Shown here in pieces: positions 50,761 through 62,189 of a DNA stretch of 64,000 nt. Position 1 is the first letter of the stretch; the number at the start of each line of letters is the position of its first letter. The stretch is from the NCBI RefSeq assembly GCF_006345805.1, contig NC_043005.1:92752001-92816000 (forward strand), in the 5' to 3' direction. The translations under genes and the position numbers were made by a program. This stretch comes from Octopus sinensis (lineage: Eukaryota). The notes beneath the pieces were generated by a model. The model worked only from the letters and a program-made list of their open reading frames with translations, did not search any database and was not told the origin of the DNA.

Positions 50761-52149
50761 CCATAAGAGGGCTTCACAGAGAGTCCTTATGTTTATTTGT
50801 CTGACTGTGGGGCATAAGCAGTGATAACAACTTTTATTGCATTGCTTATAAATAATCTAAGCTTAATTTCGTTGTTGCATATTCTGCCTTAATTACTTTA
50901 CCGTTTTCCTTCTCCACCAACAATATTTACACTTCACACACCCCCAGCGTTGTTACCTAGCCAGAAGAGTTTACACTTGTGTTCTTTGCTTGTTAGAATT
51001 TCGTCTGAGTCTCCTCTTTCTCTGACCTCTTCTGCACAGTTCACATCTATTTCTCTCTACTCTCACATCTCTACAATCTTATGTTTCATTGTAGAAACAT
51101 GGATGAAGACAGCTGTCAAGAATTTTATCTCACAAGAAGAAAATATCGGGTGGGGTGGGGGTGGGGGTGCCGTTTAGAGTCTGTTTTCTTCACCTGAGAA
51201 AAAGTGTGAAATCCCTGGATGGCAGTCAAGGAGTTTTCACACATAATCGCCTGTTTCTATCAAACCACTCTACTATAGTGTACAATATTGACATGGTAAA
51301 TGTTAGTTACATATATGCAGTTAAGGCTTTGTTTTATTTTTGGCTGTGATGATCTTTACTGGATGATCTTCCAGTCACTAGGGGCATTTTACAATCTCAT
51401 CAGCTCTAACAATATCCCCCCTCAACATTCTGTTAATTTTTTCTTGGTGATACTGTTCTCCTATGTTTGTTGCTTTTACAGCAGTTGCAAAGTCTGCATT
51501 CTCTCTCTCCATAGGTCTTTATTCAAACTTACTAATTACGTAGTTTATTGAACAGGCTCTAAGAGTAGAGACTCTCTAGCTACAAGTTAAATGGAGAGAG
51601 GGTGTCATCTGGTAAAATTGAACAAATTACAAAATTAAATCAAATGTAAATTCATAAACTTGTTAAAATCACAGAGAAAATAATGAAAGAATACTCTTTT
51701 ATCTGTTTTTGAATAAATTGATTGCTTTGCAAGGCATAATTAGTGTGTTAAATCTATTAAACAATGCATTAAGGATTTGGTGAATGTTATTAGTATTATT
51801 ATTGATGACCATTTTTGAATCACTCAATTCTACAGGGTTAGGAGCCATCTGTAAACTTTAGTTATAATCTTTATTGCTTGAAACTATATTGTCAATAGTT
51901 CGAAGAAGCAAAGTAAATGGATTTAGCCATTCTCCAGCAGCAGTTTGTTGGAGGCAAAAATGTTGACCCCTGCTGGTTTTTAGAGTGAGAATAGTTACAA
52001 AATGGTATTGAAAATTGTCATGGAATGATGTCCTGTTAGTAATATGCTTTTATTTTTATTCTTTATTTTGTCTTTCAACCCTAAGGTTCCTCTCAATGAC
52101 CTTTGGTGCAATGTCATTCAAAAGGGTAGCTTGGGGGATTTAGGGAGGG

Positions 52150-52390
52150 AGTTTCTCCAGGTCAGGGCTACTTCTTCTCTACAATGAGAAGTCACAGGAA
52201 AGAATTGCAAGATGGATTCTTCAATCCAGCAGCTGACCTAGGGATAGACCAAGAAAGAAACGGTTGGACAATATTCATAGTTCTAGGTGGCCATGCTTGA
52301 GAATCCAGTCTGAAAATCAAATGATGGTTGATTCTAGGAGGACTGGAATCAGCTTTCTAGGAATTATAGGCAGAGAAGATACATGGATGG
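52150..52390 (+). mobile_element. Decayed RTE 3' ORF fragment
   Basis: ...PRDRPRKKRLDNI...QMMVDSRRTG resembles the RTE GRPRKRW C-terminus. Confidence 0.5.
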
Positions 52391-54469
52391 GTTTTCAACT
52401 GTAAAGTTCTTCTCTTTCTGATTTTGGCACAGTTTTGAGGGGAGGGGGAAAGTCGATTACATTGACGCTAGAATTTGACTGGTGCTTATTTTATCAACGC
52501 TGAATAGCAAAGTCAGCTTCTGTGGAATTCAAACTCAGAGCATAAAGAGCTGGAAGAGATGCTGCTGAGTATTTTTTTTCCCAACTGTTAATGATTCTGC
52601 CACCATTTCCCAACAATAAATAAAAGTGATTTAGGCCTCCAGAGGTGTGTTTTTTAACTGGGAAAGATGAGTGATTGCTAAAGTTAGTGTTTTATGGCTT
52701 GCTGTAACAACCATGAGTTACTTTAGATGTTTTGCAAACAACTTGCACATGCAAGGGCTACCAGTTGGAGGCCTTGCATGCCGGAAGCCAGCAAATGTCA
52801 TCAGGAGAGAGTGCATGCTGTTTCAGAGCCTACCTCTGAAGGCTTTTACATCTGGTGGGACAAAGTAACCATGACTAGTATAAAGTAGCATCATCATCGT
52901 CATCATCATCATTGTCGTCATCGTCGTTGTCATCATTTAGCATCTGTTTTCCATGATAGCATGTGTTGGACTGTTTGACAGGATCAGACAAGCTGCAGGA
53001 CTGTGTCAAGCTCCTGTGTCATCTTTCACCCAATTACTACAGCTGGATCTCCTTCCTAATGTCAACCACTTCACAGTGTGTACTGTGGGTGCTTTTTACA
53101 ACATGCCATTGACACTGGTGAGGGCACCAAGTAACTTGAAAGATGGAAAAAGAACAGGGGAAAAGGCCCCATAACTAAGTGGGTGAGTGGGGAGGTAGCT
53201 TTATGCTAGGAGTTGAGTAATTAAAGTATGATAGAGGGATGAGCAAGCACAGGTGTCTTCTTATAGAGGAGACACATGGCTACCCATAGAGGTGGTTGGG
53301 AGTAGCTCTAACTCTAATCCTAAGTTAGTAGTGATATATGTGTGTGTGTGTTTATGTATGTACATATGTATGTGTGTGTGTAGGTGTTTGTGTGAGTGAG
53401 TTCGTATTTCTTCTTGTTCCCATGTGTGTTTGTTGGCTGTAAACAAAAGGCTCATTGAAAAGGTGTCGTTTGTTTCCAGTTCTCCGCATAGCCATGCTCA
53501 GCTGGTAATTTTGTTCAATAGATTGGAGATTATTACCTCACTTGGAAACAGTTGACTTCAGGAAGGACATCCTACCCTAACATACTCTTGTCTGACCCAT
53601 GCATGTATGGAAGTGTAGGGGATAAATGATGACAATGATGAAAATGTTCTTTTCCAAATTTTGGCCCATTTCAGTTGAGAGTCAAAACTAACACATTTTA
53701 TTTCTCTGTCTCTCTCTCTCTTTCTCTGTTTTTTCCCTTCTTTCTTTTGAGGTTGGAAACTTTCTAATCACTGCTCTGCATATTGGTCAATTATATGTAT
53801 AACTTACTTTGATGAGCTGTATATTTCAGTGGGTAACAGGTTCAAATTATCCTCCAGCAGGATGAAAACAGTAAAACTTTTAAACAGGGTTTGAACCAGT
53901 GATGTTGGTAATAACTATTCATGCACTGTTACCTCTGGGCCAGAGATGCACCTATTAAACTCTTTCCTTATGTTTCTATTCATTTATCATTATTGTGTAA
54001 AAAACCCCCCCAAAAACCTAGCACAGTAAGGGGCAGACTTGGATGTGTGGTTAAGAGCTTCACTCCCTGTCCTTATGGTTTGGGGTTCAGTTTCACCTTA
54101 TGGCACTCCTACTATAACTCCAAGCTGACCAAAAGTCTTGTAAGTAGATTTAGTAGACAGAAACTTAAAAGCTTCTTGTGTGTGTGTGTGTGTGTGTGTT
54201 TGTCTTGACTTCATGTAATAGTCGTAAATGAGTGTCACCATCATCCAAGTGGTGTTGTTTCCATTTTGTAGTGAAAAACATATCTGCTTGCAGAGAAATA
54301 TCACCTTGCTTGGAATCAGATGAAAGTTGGTGACAGAAAAGATATTTAGCCATTGAAAATCTATGTCTGTAAATTCCATCAGAGCCATTTAAGCATAGAA
54401 AAGTGGATGTCAAAACGATTTGCATGAAAACTCAACAGGATTAAGTCTTGTATAAGTTAGAGATACACC

Positions 54470-56210
54470 AAGATTTACAAATGGATAAAAGCAACAACAC
54501 AACTAATGTGTACAGCTTCTTTGTCAAATACATTTTCCACATTTTCTGACACCATGCAGAATATAGTTGAACATTATTATTTATGTTGGCATTGAAGAAG
54601 AAACCGCTGAAGATAATTTCCTTGCTAAAGGCAGAATTTCCTGGGGCAAATTTGCTTCCCTAATTGCAGATGGAGCTGCATTCTGTCAGTTGTAATGGTT
54701 CACATGAAACAAATTTCTCTTTGTATTTCCACTCACTGTATTATTCACAGGGATGCATTAACTGGAAAAAAAGAAGCAAAAGCTAAGTAAATGAAAGGAG
54801 AAAGTCAACTTGAGAAACTATTTGATGATGTTACAACATCAACAAGACAAGTGTGTCTAATCAGATAGAAATACGTTCAAAACAATCTCATATACAAGGT
54901 CTGATCAATAAGTATCCGGACTGGTGCTATAAAAACTAAACTACAATACCAATTTGGCATTTAATCTCCTTCAAAGTAATCCCCTTTGGAAGCCACACAC
55001 TTAATCCAGTGCTGTTTCCATTGATGGAAGCATTCCTGGGACTCGTTTTCTGGGATAATCAGCAGCTGCCTAGTGGCATTCATTTCGATTTCCTCAACGT
55101 CCTGAAATCTTCTTCCTTTCAAGCGGGATTTGATTTTTGGAGAGAGGAAAAAGTCGCAAGGGGTGAGATCTGGGTAATACGGTGGTTGTTGGAGCTGGGG
55201 AATGCCATGTCTAGCCAAAAACTGCTGCACTGAATGGGCAGGTGTGTTGTCATGGTGCAATTGCCACTCACTGGGAGCATGCAATTGTGGCCTTTTCCAT
55301 TGAATAGCATCTTGCAAATGCTGCTAAATGTCATGGGGAGTGTTCCTGGTTTCCTCTCTGACCAGGTGGAGCAGACACATGATGAACAATCTCCTTATAA
55401 TTGAAGAAAATGGTCAACAGTGCCTTCACATTACAGTCATGGAGAGGTTGGGGCCTTCCACTGTGAAAACTGAGCCCTTGTTTCTGGGTCATAGCCATAG
55501 ACCCACGATTCATCACACGTTATGACCGTTTTCAAAAAGTTTTCATCTTTCTCAACACAAAGAGATTTTGTTTAACTGAAACCTGAATGATTTTTGGTCT
55601 GCTGAAAGCAGTTTTAGCACAAACTTGGTAGATACATGTCTCATACCTAAATATTTTTCAGTGTAATAGACTGAGCTGTAATTAATCTGCATATCCCCTG
55701 ATAATTTACAGATGGTGATTTGACGATTTCTCCTCACAGCTGCACACACATCTGTGATATTTTTCTCAGTCCTTCTAGTTGTGGGTCTCCCAGAACGTTT
55801 GTCACTATTGACAATTTTTTGGCTATCTTGGAAATGTCTAAAACACTCGTACACTTGTGTACAGCTCATACACTCTTCTCCATACACTTTCTGCAACTTT
55901 GCACAGGCCTCTGAGCAAGTATTACTAAGCTTTTGGCAAAATTTGATGCAGATTCTCTGCTCAACTTTCTCTGTCATGGTCAATGCCATGATCACATGCT
56001 ACACACCTTCCTTCCAAGCACTGCTGTAAACAGCAGAAGTGAGCTAGAATGTTAAAACTTAGTGTGCATGTACAACAGAGTCCAAGGTCAATCTGTGCCA
56101 AGCAGCTTCACTCTGCATGCTTTAACTTTGTTACTATGGCAACAGTCCAGATATTTATTGATCAGACCACGTATTTCAAGGGCTTTATGAAGATATGAAA
56201 TAATATAGTT
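54470..56210 (+). mobile_element. hAT (Charlie/Buster-like) transposase relic interrupted by a mariner
   Basis: LQMDKSN, ISWGKFASLIADGA and THCIIHRDALTGKK lie left of the insertion. Removing the mariner and one TA restores SKQSHI-FQGLYEDM. Confidence 0.7.
54893..56173 (-). mobile_element. Full-length degenerate mariner (DD34D-type)
   Basis: TIRs TACAAGGTCTGATCAATAAGTATCCGGACTG / CAGTCCAGATATTTATTGATCAGACCACGTA; ORFs EQRICIKFCQKL...KRSGRP and WQLHHDNTPAH...YPDLTPCDFFL...GDYFEGD. Confidence 0.93.
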
Positions 56211-57769
56211 TTTTTTTAATAAGGCAAAGCTAAATGGAAAAAAATATACATCTCTATACATATTCTTTCTAGAATCAAGTTCAAGGGTTATTTTTATAGC
56301 TTTCTATAATGTTTAGGATAATATCATGAAAAATAGGACCACCGAATTTTCTCACATACTTTGACTTATTGGTCAGTTAAAAAATATTTCATGGTTTTCG
56401 GTTAGCCAAGATTGAGAATTAGACATTTTGTTTCTTTCTGCTTTGCTTTATTCTTGTTTGTTTAGGGAATTCTAACCTCATTTTGGTTCTTTTTCCATCT
56501 CTCTAGCCTAATGAGCTTTATGGAAATTTTGAGAAATACCAACAAAGACATTCAGATCACAAGTGAATCAAAGACGGAGAAACAAAGTCTAAATCTGGTT
56601 ATTGCTGAGATTTCTATTCAATGATATCAATTTCCTAAAAAAGTCTTGCTCAAGCCTATATGTACATCTGCATATGCCTGGTCAATCTTGTCTGATAGAG
56701 ACCCTAAGAAGAATTAATTGTGAATTGGTTTCTACAAACTTAAAATGTTGTTTGCTCATATTTCTCAGAATTACTATTGCTGCTTTTATAAAGGTGGTAG
56801 AGTGACAAAAATGGTGGTGAGTTGATAGAATATAGAAGCAAAGAGCTTTTACAATTTTCATCCTCACTATGTTGCTGGGATCAACTTTGTCTCTCATCCC
56901 TCCAGTAAGTGGGTATCAGGTATGTCCTGATTCAACTGAGACAACCTTCTTCTATCGTTGTGCAAATTTCTTTTAAGTGAGAAAAACCATTATTTTTAAT
57001 TGAATGATAAATTGCCAGGACAGCAGCATCAAATGCTCGGCAGTATTTTTTATTGGATTCTTTTACATTTGGATTCTATTTTAACAGCTGCATCCTTTCC
57101 TAAACACCAAACATTCAACTTCAATGACAGAACTTAATCCATTTGTCTGTTTGTTTGGTAGGGCAGTGAGTTTGCTATTCATTTTCTTACAGATACACTG
57201 CAATGCTATCAGAATCTGTTGAATTTTCACTTGACATAAATCTGGACAATAATACCAATGACCAAGACTGAAATTAGTCTTATTCTATAACTTTCACAGA
57301 TCTTAATGCTGTTAATTGTTATATAACAATGGAACTTTTATGATTTTATGTCACAAAAAAATTTTTAAAATGAATGTATTGACAATGAAACAAGTTGTAT
57401 TTTTTTATCTTCTGACAATGAAACATAAACATTTTTACGAGAATAGAGCTTTCCTTTCTATGCGAGTGTAGTTGTTATTGTTGCTTAAAGATTACAGCCA
57501 TTTTCCGTCCTTTCAATACTTCATTTCATATTATGATTTAGAAAGTAGGTCACACACAGATTTAAAAATAGAAACGATTGTTGATGTTTTTGTTTATTGT
57601 TTTTCCAAGAACTGTCAGTAGGTTATCATAACAGATTCATAACTGGCACTGAATTGAGAAATGACTCTGAGTGATGTTTTGATTATGCCACCAGTGTTGT
57701 TCGGTTGATTGTCACAAGCCACCTCGGTTCTTCACAAGATGTTTCAATGCTAAGAGTAGCAGTAAAATT

Positions 57770-58227
57770 GATAGATTATTAACAATAATTCTATTGTAGT
57801 CACAAGGCTTGAAAATTTGTGGGAGAGCAATAATCAATTTTGTTAACCCCAGTGCGTAACTGGTACTTATTTTATTGACCTTGGAAAGATCAAAGGCAAA
57901 GTTAACCTTGGCAGCATTTAAACTGAGAACACAAAGAGACAAATGAAATGCTGCCAAGCATTTTGTCTGCTGTGCCAAGGATTCTGCCAGCTTGCCTTAG
58001 TTTCAATAACCCTTTCTACTATAGAGAACAAGGTCTGAAATTTTCAGGGAAGGGTACTGGTCGATTAGATTGACCCCAGTGTTTCACTGGTACTTAATGT
58101 ATTGACCCTGAAAGGATGAAAGGCAAAGTCGACCTCGGCAGAATTTGAACTCAGAACATAGTGAAGGGCAAAATACCACTTGGCATTTTGTCCAGTGTGC
58201 TAACGATTCTGCCAGCTCACCACCTTA
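57770..58227 (-). mobile_element. Two adjacent copies of the same SINE family; the second has a 17-bp TSD
   Basis: Both contain CCCCAGTG...CTGGTACTTA.T.TATTGACC.....AAAGATGAAAGGCAAAGT; TGCCTTAGTTTCAATAA at 57993-58009 and 58228-58244. Confidence 0.85.
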
Positions 58228-58259
58228 TGCCTTAGTTTCAATAATAATAGTGATAAGAG

Positions 58260-58328
58260 TAATAGTGCCACATGAAAAGCACCCAATCTAATCTGTAAAG
58301 TGGTTGGCTTTAGGAACGGCATCCAGCA

Positions 58329-58359
<31 letters not shown>

Positions 58360-58910
58360 AAGCGGGTAACCTTGTGCCTCCCCTACAGAAAGACACCTGT
58401 TTCTGTCTCTCTCTCTCTCTCACTCTGACCTTTCATCATCTGACACAAGGTCACCTCCTCCAATGACCTTTCTCCTCTCAAAAGATTTTTGTCTTACAAG
58501 TTACTTGGTGACCCTGTCAGTTCTGGTGCCATTTAAAAAGCACCCAATCCACACTGTAAAGTGGTTGGCATTCAGAAGGGCATCCAGCTGTAAAAACCTT
58601 ACCAAAACTAACCTTGCCTGTGCTTGTGCCATGTAAAAAGCACTAAGTCCACTCTGCTGAGTGGTTGGTGTTAGGAAGGGCATCCAGCTGTAAAAATCCT
58701 GGTGTGTGTGTGTGTGTGTTAATTGTTTTTATGTAAAGTTTTGCCAAAAACAATTTAACTTTAAACTGGAGAATTACTCAATACATTTTTGTAGAGTTCA
58801 TAGTTCATTCTATTACAAGAGGGTTGACTGTAACTTTGAAGTGTTGTTAAACCATCTCACCCATGCCAGCACGGAAAACAGACGTTAAACAATGATGATG
58901 ATGATGATGA
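58260..58910 (+). mobile_element. Stacked RTE-tail repeat modules
   Basis: Three AAAAGCAC...GTGGTTGG..TTAGGAAGGGCATCCAGC blocks ending in (GAT)n. Confidence 0.75.
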
Positions 58911-59683
58911 AGGTCAGTTGTCCAGTAATTGATCCTATGACCTTGTGATAATGAGCCAAATACTCTTAACCACTTGGTTTTGTGCCTTCATTAACAGGAC
59001 CATTTTGCATATAACAAAACAAAAATATTCCAATCTCAAATCCAGTGCGTATGCACTCAGTATGGTCAGGTTATAATCCGAAGCTTTTAATGGTTTTTTT
59101 CCATGGACACCATTAATATATCAAATTAGAGATGATGTTCTCAGAATCATCCCTTTATTGTTTGGAGCAAAAGACAAACGTTTGTTGATGTTACTCAGTG
59201 GTTTCATCTGTGGTTTATTCTGTTTTGAAGATTTTACTAACAAATTGTCTACTGAATCCAGTCAGCTTCTCTTCAAGTCGATCTCATTGTTTACAAATCT
59301 TTTAGTCATTCTTTCTCTTTCCGGAAATAAACCTTGCCTTAACTAATGGGTTCTTTAAATGGAAACCGTCAATTTACTCTCCTCACAACTTGCTCTCTTG
59401 TGTAATTTTCTACATACTCTGCATTATAATTGCTTATTCTTTAACTAGCGTTCTTTACCCTAGTTTAACATAGAAATCAAAATCTAAGCTTGCCAAACTC
59501 ATAAAGAAACAAAAGAATTCTTTAAAATTGTTAAACAGTGTTGTAGGAATTTATTTCCAACATATTTTTAATATTTAGAAAGAATTTGAAAGTTGATTTA
59601 AAGAAATCATCATCAATGAAGTTTTTGAGAAAAAAAACCCCCATCTGTTAATGTTTTGCGCGTATCTGTCAGTTTCACTAGCA

Positions 59684-59701
59684 GTGTGTGTGTGTGTGTG
59701 A

Positions 59702-59775
<74 letters not shown>

Positions 59776-60204
59776 AAGAGAGAGAGAGAGAGTGGGTACA
59801 GGAACCAGCAGAAGCCTTGTGAATGAAATGGTGTTGACAGGACTTGTGAAAAATGTGGAAACATATTGGATGGGTTGTGCAATCATTTTACCAATCATTT
59901 TACAGAATGTAGTGGGTTCTTTTTTTTATGGTACCTGCACTAGGAAGGTGTTGTTTCCTTGACAAGACCAAAGGGTTCTCACAGCCTTATACTTTACTCT
60001 GCGCACTGAGTACGTGTCTTGTGAACCAGCAGTGGAGAGGGATCTATGCTCTTGACCAGATTAGAAGGCTTTCATGCCTGTACAATGCCTACTTGCTTAC
60101 CAGTTTCCTTTCAGAATGAGAAGTGGGAGGGATAAGGTTGCTCAATAGTCTGGAATGTACTGCATCACAAAAGGGCTGTGTGTGTGTGTGGTGTGTGTGT
60201 GTGT

Positions 60205-60264
<60 letters not shown>

Positions 60265-60681
60265 TGGGTACAGGAACCAGCAGAAGCCTTGTGAATGAAA
60301 TGGTGTTGACAGGACTTGTGAAAAATGTGGAAACATATTGGATGGTTGTGCAATCATTTTACCAATCATTTTACAGAATGTAGTGGGTTCTTTTTTTTAT
60401 GGTACCTGCACTAGGAAGGTGTTGTTTCCTTGACAAGACCAAAGGGTTCTCACAGCCTTATACTTTACTCTGCGCACTGAGTACGTGTCTTGTGAACCAG
60501 CAGTGGAGAGGGATCTATGCTCTTGACCAGATTAGAAGGCTTTCATGCCTGTACAATGCCTACTTGCTTACCAGTTTCCTTTCAGAATGAGAAGTGGGAG
60601 GGATAAGGTTGCTCAATAGTCTGGAATGTACTGCATCACAAAAGGGCTGTGTGTGTGTGTGTGTGTCTGTGTGTGTGTGTG
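59684..60681. repeat. Near-perfect ~472-bp tandem duplication bounded by (TG)n/(AG)n
   Basis: 59792-60176 equals 60264-60647 except for one G in GGATG(G)GTTG. Confidence 0.95.
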
Positions 60682-62189
60682 TAATGTGACACGGATATAA
60701 GGAACAAATTCCATCTGAAAAAGACAATCATTTCCTGCTGACAACTTCAACCACAGGAATCATCACAATGGTGAAATATCTGAGAGAGAGAGAGAGAGAC
60801 TGGTCAGTGTGGAGTGTTAAGAAAGAAGCGATATTTTGTTTCTGTGTCAACTTTTTGGAAATGGTTGTGTTTATGAATCGGCTTTGATAACTGAGAATGG
60901 ATGGGAAATGGTAAAAATTATATATGAGTGAATTCCAGAGAATTAATGTAGTAATCAGTATAAGTTGAACTATGTACCATGAAGAGAGAGAGAGGGGGGG
61001 GGGTAAAACAAAGAATTTATTCAAACATGCAGGAAACAGTTTCTGTTTGAACAGATTTTAGAAGAAAAGGCTAGACTAATATTTTTCATTGTCTTTTAGG
61101 TATTATTTTATTTATGGACAAAAAAGGAGTTTGTGTTCTTTGGTACATCTCATCTAATTGGCATTATTCACAACAGTAATTTCTTTGGGATGGATGATGT
61201 TTTGTCCTTTGGGGATCCCATACTTAAAATCCTTGCCAGGAAGGTCAATGAAAGTTAGGAAAAAGTGGAAAGTTACAAGAAAATCAATTGTCAGTTGAAT
61301 AACAAAATGAATTTATTTCTCTTTACTCTGATTTCATTTCGAAACACATCACATACTCTCTGAAAAAAAAAAAATAATAAAAGGCAAATACTAACCAATA
61401 ATAGTTGAAGCAAAACCTGATTCCATGTCAAACTGACAATTACCATACATTACCTTCAACATATAGATTGAGAGTTTAAAATTCAAGAGAGATTTCTACC
61501 TTTTAAAGGCCGTTGTGAGAAAACAGTTTCTGAGATTGTGAATTTGATAAAAGAAATATTAAATAAAAATTGCTTTCTCTTGGAAAAAATTGCTTTCTCA
61601 TAGGTCAAAGATATAACAATAGTGTCAATTTGGCAACAAGTACAAGGGAGTACAAAGGATATTTAATGAAAAAATCCTCTTGCCATTTCCTTACCATATG
61701 GATGTCATACATTGAATTTATGTGGCATGGATTCAGCAGTGGTGTACGGAAGGAGCAACCTCTCTCCGAACTATTGAAAGTGGCTGTGATATATTTTCCT
61801 TTACTTCAAAAAGATGTGACTCTTAATTTAGATTGTTCTATAATATAACCATGGTTTGTATTTCTGTGTATGTGTGTGTCTCCCTCTCATACATGCATAT
61901 GTATGTAGAGTACACACACACGCACACATTTGTAGATAAATAGAAATGTCTCATCTGACCCCAAAAATCAGATTATACTGCCCCCACTATGTTGGCTCCT
62001 AGTGGACAAAAAAAAAAAATCAAAAATCATCTTATATTTTGGTCTTATATTTTGAAAGTGTCTAAAATACGTTTTCCTCAAGTGTTTTAGTTGGCTTTGT
62101 AAATTTGTTGAAGAACTGTTCTTATTACTTTTGAAAGCAACCTGTTTCAAATTACCCTAAGAGGGAAAATTATTATTGTAGAACTTTTA

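Noticed and set aside
173-60369. Dozens of ORFs rich in CV, HT, YI, SL or poly-D/H/S
   Set aside because: They are translations of di-, tri- and tetranucleotide microsatellites, not genes.
61100-61848. Acceptor-led frames and the 92-aa ORF
   Set aside because: Weak donors, no homology recognised, and conflicting candidates on both strands.
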